Source: Nitrospiraceae bacterium UBA665 (lineage in GTDB: Bacteria; Nitrospirota; Thermodesulfovibrionia; Thermodesulfovibrionales; Dissulfurispiraceae). Taken from it: DNA of 64,000 bases. This document shows, in pieces, positions 44,424-54,029 of the stretch; the stretch's first letter is position 1; the number at the start of each line of letters is the position of its first letter. Location of the stretch: the NCBI GenBank assembly GCA_002299835.1, contig DBNT01000114.1:1123-65122 (forward strand). The letters run 5' to 3'. The notes beneath the pieces were generated by a model that was not told where the DNA came from, searched no databases, and saw only the letters and a program-made list of their open reading frames with translations. A program made the translations under genes and the position numbers.

Positions 44424-45194
44424 ATGGAAAACAAATCTGGTGTGAATCGGTTTTATACAACCAGATTGAGCAACTGCGTCAATAGGCAGCAACCTGCCAT
44501 GTCGTATTACATAATTACCCCTAAAAATTCTTACCCAACGGCTGTTATGTATTCCGAAAAAATACCTAAGGAAGTTTTTGTCTATGGCAAAGGATGGGTT
44601 AAAGTTAAACCTTCTCAAGTTCAAACCTTAACGCTTAATAGAGTTACAACTTATTATCAGCTTTTTGAACTCGTAAAAAAATATGGATACAGGTGCGCAG
44701 CCGAATTAGTTGGATTTCACTTTAACTCGATTGGAGACAGGTATCCAATCGCTGAACTTGCTCATATGGAAATGAAACATGGTGAAAGATTTGTAAATTA
44801 CCTTGAGCGCATCGCAGAAATAGATTATAAGATTCTCCAATATTTCACAACTGTCCTTGGTTTGTCTGTCAAGAATAGTTCATATGATATGTGGATTACG
44901 TGCAAAGCTAAAGGGTGTTTATTTAGAGTAAACCCTTTTCTTGGGTTTAAACTGTCAGCAAGTTTTTATGGAATTCCAATATCCCCTAGTATTGATGTGA
45001 TTTCTTTTGACGCTGCCTTATGGTCGGTGATAAGTCAATTTCACCCTGAGTTTCAATGCGATATGTCGGTAGAATCTTATGATGCCGTAAAACACAAATA
45101 TGATTCTATATCCCTAAAAGGCTGGATTGATATTATGTGTGGGGCTGATGACGCCGATTGGCTTAGTAAAAACCTTACATTGTGGGAGATTTAA
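44424..45194 (+). CDS. hypothetical protein
   Basis: GGAGGG RBS. 256 aa. Confidence 0.55.
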   Translation: MENKSGVNRFYTTRLSNCVNRQQPAMSYYIITPKNSYPTAVMYSEKIPKEVFVYGKGWVKVKPSQVQTLTLNRVTTYYQLFELVKKYGYRCAAELVGFHFNSIGDRYPIAELAHMEMKHGERFVNYLERIAEIDYKILQYFTTVLGLSVKNSSYDMWITCKAKGCLFRVNPFLGFKLSASFYGIPISPSIDVISFDAALWSVISQFHPEFQCDMSVESYDAVKHKYDSISLKGWIDIMCGADDADWLSKNLTLWEI

Positions 45195-45229
45195 AATCTC
45201 ATCTAACATAACAAGTAGTGGAGGAAAAT

Positions 45230-45787
45230 ATGTACACACCATGGGGAAAGCCTGATTCCCAAAAGACTATAGCAAAAGGCATTGTATCCTATACAACCTC
45301 TTCTCATGGCGGGATTTATGTGGCGCCATCTCTTAACGTCCAAATCCACGAAGCTTGGCGCAGCAAATCGGGCTGGTATGAAGAGGATTGTGAATGGGCT
45401 ATAGTTGCAGTCACATTCCAGCAGTATTTCAAGCCTGAACAAATTGACTCGGCAATCAACACACTCAAAAACTGGTTTCCTGATGAATATGAGATTGTTG
45501 CAGGCGAAAAGCTGACTGCAGAGGAATCGAGTAGGCGCGCTGAATCTGAATTTCTTGAAGCAAATAAGGATAAATATATCGTCTATGCGGCTTATGGGGA
45601 TTGGCACGATAAAGTGCCTGCGGGATTTGTCGGCGTTTGTGCTGTTAGGGGCGGTAGATTATTTAACGGCAATCTTGCATCTGATGATAAAAAATGCTTT
45701 TTGGTGCCGGCAGATGAGTATAAAAGTAAAAGTCCTTATGGTTTTGTTGCAGATGTTAACAGGCATCAAGAAATAGATGCGATTTAA
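45230..45787 (+). CDS. hypothetical protein (WG...TSSHGG motif)
   Basis: GTGGAGG RBS before ATG 45230. Confidence 0.55.
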   Translation: MYTPWGKPDSQKTIAKGIVSYTTSSHGGIYVAPSLNVQIHEAWRSKSGWYEEDCEWAIVAVTFQQYFKPEQIDSAINTLKNWFPDEYEIVAGEKLTAEESSRRAESEFLEANKDKYIVYAAYGDWHDKVPAGFVGVCAVRGGRLFNGNLASDDKKCFLVPADEYKSKSPYGFVADVNRHQEIDAI

Positions 45788-45802
45788 AAGAGGAGAAAAA
45801 AA

Positions 45803-46983
45803 ATGACTGAAGTTGTTGATAACACTACGGGTACAGTGCTTGAGGTGGAGCACGGAGACCCAGAATCCATTGCAAGTATTTCCACCTTATTGGGACCCCA
45901 GTATCACATGCAAAGACTAGGTGTAATTCGCCCCGGTATTATGATACTAAAGCAGGGCTGCTCAGAGGCGGACAAAAAAACCTATGAGATAATGCTTTCA
46001 GGCGGGTTTTCATGGGATGAGACAGACAACAAGCTGGGCAAAGACAATCAGGGGAAATCGAAACTCCGTCCTCAAAACGTTGATTATTTTACAGTTCATA
46101 AAAGAGATTGTCCTAATCCGTCTAATTATGATGCGATAATGAAATACGCGGATGCTGACGGCAAGTTGAGGTCGTTTCCCGTGTGGTTTCCGGTGAACGA
46201 ATGGTGGAACATACTGCCCCATTCTCTTCGCTGTTTCGGGACAGGCGGCATAAAATACAAGAGCTCGTTCAGAGGAAAATACTCTGAAGATGGGCGGCTT
46301 ATTGACATGGCCCGTATCTGCGAATTTCCCATCCCTGCCGAGAAGAATAAAAGGGTTTTCGGCGGACGTGAATGGGACAGCAGACCTTGCAATCCGCCTG
46401 ATTGCTCTGAATACCAAAGCGGTGCATGTAACTTCGGCGGTCTTATTCATTTTTGTATACCGGGGACAAGGGGAATAGGCGTTTGGGTGTTGCCCACGAC
46501 GAGTTGGTACTCGCTGGTAAAAATCAAAAGTACGCTTGAGATGGTTGCCAAACTGACTCGCGGCAAGATAGCTGGACTTTTTAACGGGAAGCCTATCTTT
46601 CGTCTTATGAAGGTGCGGGATACAGTGTCTCGTATAGATAAGGCTACCGGCAATGCTGTGAGGATAGACCAATGGTTAATACATCTTGACGCAGACATTG
46701 ATATGACTGATCTTGCCGCTTATTCAGAAGATTGTCAAGTCAAATTAAGAGCATCTAATGCTATGGATGTTCTAACTGGGTCTGCTATTACAGAGGCTGC
46801 AGCGCCGCCTGAGAATGTGGAGTCTCCATTGTCTGAAGACGATGATGTACAGGCAGACGACAATGTTTTTTCCGAAGAATCTGTTATCGCTGCTCCTGAA
46901 ATCGATGAGCCGCAATCTCTTCAGCCTGCAGTAGTTCACGAGGATAAAGGAAAGCCTGCTACGCAGGGGCAAAAAAATGCAAT
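45803..46983 (+). CDS. hypothetical protein, exon 1; interrupted by a group II intron
   Basis: GAGGAG RBS. The ORF runs 34 nt into the intron. GTGCG at 46984. Confidence 0.65.
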
Positions 46984-49230
46984 GTGCGACAAGAAGTCCC
47001 AATTCTTGAGTGAGTAACAATACTCATAGCCAACCTATCGGCTATTCCCCATATCTACAGTGCGGAATTGGTAACGGTTCTGTGCCAAGCGAAGGTAAAA
47101 GTATCCGAATCTGGTAGCCATAATCAGAAGAGGGCAAGGGGAAGACTGACATGGGTAACATATGTGAACTCTCGATAAACTTCGTGATTTTTGAAAGGCT
47201 GGAAAGTGGCTGATAAGCCTTAACCAAAATGGTAAATGGGTAGTTATGGTGCTATTGCATCATCATAACGATAGGTTAAATTCCCATCGGAGAAGAGAGA
47301 GACCCTAAATCAGTCGGAGCTCAATATTGAGGAACTTGGTAACCCTGATGGACTGTCATCCTTGATGACTAAGTAACAGGCAACTGATTATGAATGTCCA
47401 GCAGGCAGAGGATTGAGGAAAAAGCGAATGCCATTCTGTAATGGAATGGATAGGGTGAATAACCTAACCTGAAAGGGTGCTGACTTCCTTATATGGTAGC
47501 AAGATAAAGTAATTCTTTAGGGGGTTACGAAATGATTGCCAAATTAGAGGCAGAAATGCAAATGAAGCGTCATGTCCTAACTGACTGGAACTCCATTGAT
47601 TGGAAGAAAGCAGAAAGGAAAGTGACAAATCTGAGGAAGAGAATTTATCAAGCAACTGAAAGAGGAGAAGTGAAAGAGGTTAAAAACCTACAGAAACTTC
47701 TACTAAATTCTTTTGCCAACAAAGTGTTAGCGATTAAAAGAGTTACACAAATCAATGATGGAAAGAAAACCACAGGGGTTGACGGTGTGGTAATAGAAGA
47801 CCATACGGATAGAGTGAAGATAGCTAATGAGAAGATTAATCTCAAAGGCTACAAACCTTTACCTGTAAGGAGAGTATATATACCAAAGTCAGATAATTCC
47901 AAAAGACCGCTCGGGATTCCAACCATTAAAGACAGGATAATTCAGGCAATTGTAAAAGAAGCGCTTGAACCAGAATGGGAAGCCAGATTTGAGGCAAACT
48001 CATTTGGCTTTAGACCTGGAAGATGCACTCAAGATGCCATAGAAGAAATACACGCTGCGTTAAATAATAGTGCAGTGGGTAGAAACGAGTGGATATTGGA
48101 TGCAGACATCAAAAAGGCTTTTGACACAATTAACCATGAGTTTATCCTAAACCAAATTTGTAACTTCCCAATGAAAGGATTAATTTCAAAATGGCTAAAA
48201 GCAGGGTATCTAGAAACAGGGATAATGCATGAAACACACAATGGAACTCCACAAGGCGGTGTGATAAGTCCCTTATTAGCAAACATCGCTTTAGACGGAC
48301 TACAAAATCAACTTGGAAAAGGATACAGATATGCCCGATATGCTGATGACTTCGTCATCATGGCAAAATCAAAGCAAGCCATTGAAGATATTAAACCAAA
48401 AGTAGAGGAGTGGCTGCAAGCAAGAGGATTAACGCTGAATAATGAGAAGACTAAAATTATACACAGAGATGAGGGATTCAAGTTTCTGGGATTTCATATC
48501 AAAATGTATAACAAAAAACTCATTATAAAGCCTCAAAAGGAAAAGGTTGAAGGTTTATTAGACAAAATTAGGAACTGGTTAGACGACAATAAACAAATAG
48601 AAGCGGAAAAAGTCTCTGAACACCTTAACCCAATCATTAGAGGATGGGCTAACTACTATCGCTTTGTATGTAGTAAAGAAACATTTTCAAAAATCCATTG
48701 GAACATTGGATGGAAGTTATGGAAATGGGCTAAAAGAAGACATCCAAACAAAACCGTATTTTGGGTTCTCAGTAAGTATTATGAGAAAAACAAATATGGC
48801 AAGTTTGATGTCTTTAATGGACTATATAGGATTAATAAAACGCCTATAATCCGCTACATCAAAGTGAAAGGAAAAGCCAGTCCTGACGACCCAAGTTTGA
48901 AAGAATATTGGGAAGACAGGAAAAACAGAATCAGCAAAACCTATTATGCAAAAGGTAGTAAACTCTACAAAGTTGCGGAAGAACAAGAATGGAAGTGTAA
49001 TTCTTGCAGAGCAATGCTAATGAATGGTGAAAAGATACATATACATCATAAAGATGACAATCATCAGAATGATGATATATCAAATCTGGAAATCATACAT
49101 GAGCATTGTCATCATCAAAAACACTCAAAGGCAAGGAAAGTTGCGAAAGCTGCTTGAGCCGTGTGAAGGGAAACTTTCACGCACGGTTCTTAGGGGAGGG
49201 GATGACAGCGATGTTGTCTCCTTACCCGAC
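46984..49230 (+). mobile_element. complete group II intron with an RT/maturase/HNH ORF
   Basis: 5' GTGCGAC. Domain V GAGCCGTGTGAAGGGAAACTTTCACGCACGGTTC at 49156..49189. DVI with a bulged A. The 3' end ..CCCGAC is shared with the relic copy and diverges immediately after. Confidence 0.85.
47532..49157 (+). CDS. group II intron reverse transcriptase/maturase with a C-terminal HNH endonuclease domain
   Basis: RT motifs including YARYADDFVIM. Maturase X region. HIHHKDDNHQNDDISNLEIIHEHCH HNH motif. Confidence 0.9.
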   Translation: MIAKLEAEMQMKRHVLTDWNSIDWKKAERKVTNLRKRIYQATERGEVKEVKNLQKLLLNSFANKVLAIKRVTQINDGKKTTGVDGVVIEDHTDRVKIANEKINLKGYKPLPVRRVYIPKSDNSKRPLGIPTIKDRIIQAIVKEALEPEWEARFEANSFGFRPGRCTQDAIEEIHAALNNSAVGRNEWILDADIKKAFDTINHEFILNQICNFPMKGLISKWLKAGYLETGIMHETHNGTPQGGVISPLLANIALDGLQNQLGKGYRYARYADDFVIMAKSKQAIEDIKPKVEEWLQARGLTLNNEKTKIIHRDEGFKFLGFHIKMYNKKLIIKPQKEKVEGLLDKIRNWLDDNKQIEAEKVSEHLNPIIRGWANYYRFVCSKETFSKIHWNIGWKLWKWAKRRHPNKTVFWVLSKYYEKNKYGKFDVFNGLYRINKTPIIRYIKVKGKASPDDPSLKEYWEDRKNRISKTYYAKGSKLYKVAEEQEWKCNSCRAMLMNGEKIHIHHKDDNHQNDDISNLEIIHEHCHHQKHSKARKVAKAA

Positions 49231-49357
49231 CAAGAAGATGGCTCTAAAGCTGGGTATTGATGATGTCAAGGTAGATCAACTGCTGAATGACATTAATGAA
49301 GAAAAGGCGAAGGCATGCATAATGAACCTCAACAAAGGCAATAAGGATATATTTTAG
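49231..49357 (+). CDS. hypothetical protein, exon 2
   Basis: Joining 46983 to 49231 keeps the frame (..GQKNA-I-KKMALKLGIDD...). A terminator follows. Confidence 0.6.
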
Positions 49358-49369
49358 CTGTTACGATTT

Positions 49370-49401
49370 TAAGGGACTGTCATTATTGCCAGTCCCTTAA
49401 A
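49370..49401 (+). terminator. hairpin terminator after the spliced gene
   Basis: TTAAGGGACTG-N10-CAGTCCCTTAA. Confidence 0.55.
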
Positions 49402-49551
49402 TGATCTGCTTACTGATAAAGAGAATTGGAGGTTGCTGTGAAAATAGGATCAGTAATACCTTTAAACACAAAGAAGAAAATGAAAAAAATAGCGTTAGAT
49501 GCCGAGGCTAAAAAAATAACACGTCTTATTAGAAGACGAAGGGAGAGGCAT

Positions 49552-49800
49552 ATGAAAAAAATAATAGCAATATACGATAACGGTGGTAAAACAGTAGACC
49601 GTTACACAGTTGTTCTACGCACATCTCAGCGTTTTCCTCATGAATATGCATGTCTTGGATTGTCCGATAACCCTGATAGCCCTCAAAGTTTCTCACAGCT
49701 TGTTTCATGCGTTCCCGGCGGAGACCATTTTGGTAAAAAAATAAGGTTTGAAGATTTGCCGGTAAATGTGCAAAAACATGTAAAAAAAAGACTGGAGTAA
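49552..49800 (+). CDS. hypothetical protein; start uncertain
   Basis: Conserved-looking core IAIYDNGGKTVDRYTVV. Alternative in-frame starts at 49438 and 49480. Confidence 0.45.
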   Translation: MKKIIAIYDNGGKTVDRYTVVLRTSQRFPHEYACLGLSDNPDSPQSFSQLVSCVPGGDHFGKKIRFEDLPVNVQKHVKKRLE

Positions 49801-49889
49801 CGCTTAAACTAAGCGGACGCCGCCAATATGCTCATACTGAACTCGGTGAGATGCCGGCGGTCCGCTTGAGTGAATGGTTAGGAGGTTTT

Positions 49890-50039
49890 ATGTCTTATTG
49901 TCAGTGTGGAGAAGATGGATTTACTATTGTGGTCTGTTGGGAGTGCGGTAGAGAAAAATGTGAGGATTGCGCAACCCAAGCAGAAAGTAGAGACCAGCAT
50001 TGTAAGGAAAATTGCACTGCTAATCATAGGATAGCTTAA
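49890..50039 (+). CDS. hypothetical Cys-rich 49-aa protein
   Basis: AGGAGG RBS before ATG 49890. Confidence 0.45.
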   Translation: MSYCQCGEDGFTIVVCWECGREKCEDCATQAESRDQHCKENCTANHRIA

Positions 50040-50148
50040 TCATCGGTGCTGCTCTGTTTTGCATCAGTCCGATGAATATTATTTTAAATAGAGGAGGCGG
50101 CTCTTCCCTCTCGTCTACAAGTAGGGTAGTTTCCAGAGCCGGTTTTCT

Positions 50149-50376
50149 ATGAAAATAAGTAAAGATGAACTTAAAGAAATCCTCAAAGAATCTTCACTTT
50201 ATGACCCTCGTGTGGCAGAACAGGACATAAAGGAGATTACTGAGAGGAATGGAATTGAAATCAGCAAGCCTTTTCTTGAGAAATATGAGAAATATCTCGA
50301 TGTCATCTCTGGTGTCGTAGTGGCAGCATCTGCTTTTTATTTCGGATCCCACTTTATTGCCTTTCTATTAAGATAA
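50149..50376 (+). CDS. hypothetical protein with a C-terminal TM segment
   Basis: 75-aa ORF. Weak RBS. Confidence 0.4.
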   Translation: MKISKDELKEILKESSLYDPRVAEQDIKEITERNGIEISKPFLEKYEKYLDVISGVVVAASAFYFGSHFIAFLLR

Positions 50377-50467
50377 AGGTTGCTATTCCGTATAGCGTGC
50401 TATATTAAAATGGCGTTCTTATTATAAGAACGCCATTGTTTATTTAAAATCACGAAAGGAGTTTTTG

Positions 50468-51133
50468 ATGAAAAATATAACATTTAAAAAACCCAGAAGC
50501 CGTAAGGAAATGGTCAATTATCTCAAGAAACACTTTCGCTATGACACTATGAGTTCGTGGAATTGTGTGACAAGTTATGCGCGTTGTGTAAAAATTCATA
50601 AACTTGATTTCCCATCTCAAGAAATAAAAAAAAGGGCGTATGATTTTTTTTATATCGGTGAGGCATACATCTATGCAAGAAGGCTGATGCGTGAATTCGC
50701 AGAAAGATACGACTACCGTTGGCAGATGGATTTCAACGGACGTTCCGGAGGTTATCTGGTTCTCCTTCAAGGGGGCAGGAAAGATTCTGGATATAAAAGC
50801 GAGTGTCTTGACTGCGGTCAACTTAATTACACAAGCGTCTTGAAATGCGTGGACGACAAATGCCTCAAATGCGGTGAAAACTCAAGGGTGAAGCTTAAAT
50901 CGCCTATTTTTTCTGTATTTACACGACCCGGCAAAGGCGTTGACATGGAAGAAGACTTCGAGGATTGGGATACGGATTCTCTGAGGAGCAGGACAAGCCT
51001 TGTCTGGGATTTTAACAGGACAGTGGATAAATGTATTAAAGCATTCGTTGATTTTGTTTCATCACATGTTGTTGAGGAAAAAGAGGTTCTTTGTACTAAA
51101 ACTACAAGAGTTGCGATAAAGAAGGTAGCTTAA
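50468..51133 (+). CDS. hypothetical protein with an internal zinc ribbon
   Basis: AAGGAG RBS. CLDCG...CLKCG. Confidence 0.55.
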   Translation: MKNITFKKPRSRKEMVNYLKKHFRYDTMSSWNCVTSYARCVKIHKLDFPSQEIKKRAYDFFYIGEAYIYARRLMREFAERYDYRWQMDFNGRSGGYLVLLQGGRKDSGYKSECLDCGQLNYTSVLKCVDDKCLKCGENSRVKLKSPIFSVFTRPGKGVDMEEDFEDWDTDSLRSRTSLVWDFNRTVDKCIKAFVDFVSSHVVEEKEVLCTKTTRVAIKKVA

Positions 51134-51146
51134 CTTTTAGTATATC

Positions 51147-51186
51147 AAAGAGAGATGGGGATGTTTTTATCCTCATCTCTCTTTTA
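51147..51186 (+). terminator. rho-independent terminator
   Basis: AAGAGAGATGGGGAT...ATCCTCATCTCTCTT followed by Ts. Confidence 0.65.
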
Positions 51187-51203
51187 AAAAAAGGAGGCTT
51201 ATT

Positions 51204-51539
51204 ATCAAGATCAAATCTGTTAGATTTACTAAAACAACAAAATACCGTTCCAAAAAAACAGAATACGATGGAATAATGTTTGATTCGCAAAAAGAGGCTT
51301 TGCGATATCAGGAACTCTTTCTTCTGGAAAAAGGCGGTGTTATTTCAGGGCTTAAGATTCAGGTTAAGTTCCCTATTGTTGTTAATGGTTGCAAGATCTG
51401 TACATGGATAGCTGATTTTGTTTACTACGAAAACGGAGAAATGATAACAGAAGACGCCAAAGGATATAAGAATCGCGTTTATAAACTAAAGAAAAAACTT
51501 GTGGAGGCAGTATATGGCATTAAAATCAGGGAAACTTAA
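51204..51539 (+). CDS. DUF1064-like protein (phage resolvase-like family), probable non-ATG start
   Basis: The conserved N-terminal block (KYRSKKTEYDGIMFDSQKEALRYQEL) lies upstream of the first ATG at 51276. AAGGAGG at 51191-97 is followed only by in-frame ATT/ATC codons. Confidence 0.55.
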   Translation: MKIKSVRFTKTTKYRSKKTEYDGIMFDSQKEALRYQELFLLEKGGVISGLKIQVKFPIVVNGCKICTWIADFVYYENGEMITEDAKGYKNRVYKLKKKLVEAVYGIKIRET

Positions 51540-51714
51540 AAAAGATGCATTAATGAAAAAGAATAAGAGTCAAGAGAAGAAACGTCAAAAACATGTGGTA
51601 TTCAAATCGTTTGCTTGCACGACAACCAAGCCGTTTACTTTGCTCAAGGAAATTGAGAAAGTTCTACGCCGCTATTGCGGAGAAGATTGGTTTTATAATT
51701 TCAATGTGGAATAA
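51514..51714 (+). CDS. hypothetical basic protein
   Basis: GTGGAGG RBS before ATG 51514. Confidence 0.4.
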   Translation: MALKSGKLKKDALMKKNKSQEKKRQKHVVFKSFACTTTKPFTLLKEIEKVLRRYCGEDWFYNFNVE

Positions 51715-51777
51715 GGTTGATCTGCATAAAGGCATCAAAGGATGTGTTTTAAACATTTATTTCAGGAGGAAGTAACT

Positions 51778-51993
51778 ATGGAAAAAAAGCGTTTTTTTGT
51801 TGTGTTTGATGTGGAGTATAACAAAACAGAAATATCAGAGGACGAGGTTTTTGAATGCTTGCCAGATTATCTTGCGATAGTGATAGAGAATGACACGGAA
51901 GGACCTTATGTTGTAAAAAACCCAATTGTTTATAGAAACTTCACCGACCTTCAGTACGATGTATCCAATAAAAGGAGGTGTTTTAATAAATGA
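51778..51993 (+). CDS. hypothetical protein
   Basis: AGGAGG RBS before ATG 51778. Confidence 0.5.
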   Translation: MEKKRFFVVFDVEYNKTEISEDEVFECLPDYLAIVIENDTEGPYVVKNPIVYRNFTDLQYDVSNKRRCFNK

Positions 51994-52103
51994 AATGCCC
52001 GTTTTTTTTGCAACGGGACTGTTATTTATGTCCCTTTTATGAGTTCAAAGTCGATGAAGAAAGCGGGGATAGTTATGCCTCATGCGAATACCCCAATATG
52101 TAG
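51990..52103 (+). CDS. hypothetical Cys-rich 37-aa protein
   Basis: AGGAGGTG RBS. ATGA overlap. Confidence 0.35.
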   Translation: MKCPFFLQRDCYLCPFYEFKVDEESGDSYASCEYPNM

Positions 52104-52144
52104 ATAAAAATTGCAAGAAGCACCGCATTTAAAAGGAGAGATTC

Positions 52145-52348
52145 ATGTATGTGAAAAAAAGAAAAAGGTTTCTCGGTTATCAAATTGTCAGTAAAGACGG
52201 CAGCAATGAGATACCAGAAAAATTTCATTCGTTCGAGATTATTCGAACAAAAAAGATTCTTGATGATTTTTTTAGTGAAGACAACAGTGGTTTATGGGTA
52301 ATCGTCCCTGTTTATTCCGGAGAAATAGAGGAGCCGACTTTTGTGTAG
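52145..52348 (+). CDS. hypothetical protein
   Basis: AAGGAGAG RBS. Confidence 0.5.
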   Translation: MYVKKRKRFLGYQIVSKDGSNEIPEKFHSFEIIRTKKILDDFFSEDNSGLWVIVPVYSGEIEEPTFV

Positions 52349-52423
52349 GAGGCCCGAAATGTGTTTTGTAGAATTAGAAAGCACGATCACTGCTCTTAAG
52401 ATGTGATTAATTTGGAGGTTTAT

Positions 52424-52975
52424 ATGAAAATTTTTACAGTATTATGTCCTGACAGGGAATGTGATGACCCTGATTTTATCCCAGTAATGATTGATTTATC
52501 TCCGTCTCATATCGACATGATAACTAAAGCGCAGGATGCGGCAAGGCAACTTAAGGGATTAGTAAATATCGCTCTGCGATTAAGCGGACCAGAGTTCTCA
52601 AGGCCAAAGATAACATTCCTTGAGGGAGATTTTCAAGAGAAATCATGGGCAGAATACGGGAGCATGCTCGGGAAAGTCACATTCTGGGGTGATTTGCCCG
52701 AAACAAAGTTCTCAATTGGCGTTAGTTATGTAGATTCTTATGGACATATTGAGGAGAGGTTTATATATGAATCAACTTATGATAATTTTATCCCGACCGC
52801 CGAATATCTCATAAACGATGACTTTTTCGATTACATACAGGATGCGGACAACTTGTTAGAGTTGAAGCAATATGTTTCTGAGAAGGATTATGAGTTTTTG
52901 GTGAAAGAATCTGACATAGATGAGGAGAAATTACAGAAAAACATAGAGAACATTAGGAGGCAATATGAAGGCTAA
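52424..52975 (+). CDS. hypothetical protein
   Basis: TGGAGG RBS before ATG 52424. Confidence 0.55.
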   Translation: MKIFTVLCPDRECDDPDFIPVMIDLSPSHIDMITKAQDAARQLKGLVNIALRLSGPEFSRPKITFLEGDFQEKSWAEYGSMLGKVTFWGDLPETKFSIGVSYVDSYGHIEERFIYESTYDNFIPTAEYLINDDFFDYIQDADNLLELKQYVSEKDYEFLVKESDIDEEKLQKNIENIRRQYEG

Positions 52976-53441
52976 TATTACATCTTATGATATCACAGGC
53001 AAAAGCACATATTACGTTGTAACGGTCGAAGTTACTGACGGAGATGCAGTCCACGAACTCGATGTTGTTGTCGTAGGGAATTATGACGGCACGTCAGGGA
53101 CTACCGAATACTCCGTAGAAGACGGCTCTACAGAATGGATAACAGAAGTGATAGACGATGATGAAAAAAGAGATAAGATTGTGTCCATGTCCAAAGAGGC
53201 GGCTAAGGAATATTCGGAAGCCTCTCAGATCGACACAGTAGATTCCCTCGATGAGTTTTTGCATGCATGCGCATATTGGAACGAGAATGATATTCTTGAG
53301 GAAGCAGATTCACTCGGCATGGCGATGAATAAAGAAGAAGCAAAGGTGTTTCTAAAAAAACACGAGAGAGAAATCAAAGATGCCATGATAAAAGCGGGAT
53401 GGCACGAAATTAGGAATGGTCTGTCTACGATAATACCTTAA
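52965..53441 (+). CDS. hypothetical acidic protein
   Basis: AGGAGG RBS. Confidence 0.55.
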   Translation: MKANITSYDITGKSTYYVVTVEVTDGDAVHELDVVVVGNYDGTSGTTEYSVEDGSTEWITEVIDDDEKRDKIVSMSKEAAKEYSEASQIDTVDSLDEFLHACAYWNENDILEEADSLGMAMNKEEAKVFLKKHEREIKDAMIKAGWHEIRNGLSTIIP

Positions 53442-53626
53442 TCATCCCGTTTATATTACTATCCTGTCCGGCAGTTTTGTATCCACATCAAGCTGCCGGA
53501 TTCAGTGTCTTCTCCAGTGCCTCTTCATCCTGTAATCATCAGCGTGAGTGCCATGCGTCTTATAAAGCGTCTCTGTTTTATGCCGCTTTGTAATGGAAAT
53601 TAGTGTTTTATTTTTGGAGGTCAATT

Positions 53627-53980
53627 ATGTCAGCAAAAAATATTAATAAATGGGTTGGTTACCATTTTGAAAGTTCTTGTTATCTAACTCCCGAATTTGC
53701 GGAGTTCGCTAAACAAGTAAGTTCTTGCCTTAAAAAGATCGAGGGCTACGAGTTGGTTGATTTTCTTCGCGGGCACTTTTATTTCAGCGCTTTTCTGAAA
53801 AACATTGAAACAGGCAAGCTGGTCTATATTTCTTGCTTTGATGTCCGCCACTTCCCTGATCGGTGGTATTACGGTTTGCTTATCAGAACAGCAAGTCATA
53901 AAAAAGATTTCACTGGCGGCTCTAACAACTTCATTAAGTTTACAAAAATCAAAGAAATGGCAAGCCAGCTAACGCAGTAA
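53627..53980 (+). CDS. hypothetical protein
   Basis: TGGAGG RBS before ATG 53627. Confidence 0.55.
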   Translation: MSAKNINKWVGYHFESSCYLTPEFAEFAKQVSSCLKKIEGYELVDFLRGHFYFSAFLKNIETGKLVYISCFDVRHFPDRWYYGLLIRTASHKKDFTGGSNNFIKFTKIKEMASQLTQ

Positions 53981-53990
53981 TAAAACACTA

Positions 53991-54021
53991 AAGCACAGGC
54001 TATGCGCCTGTGCTTTTTTTT
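53991..54021 (+). terminator. rho-independent terminator
   Basis: AAGCACAGGC-tatgc-GCCTGTGCTT followed by T8. Confidence 0.75.
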
Positions 54022-54029
54022 AAAAAAAG

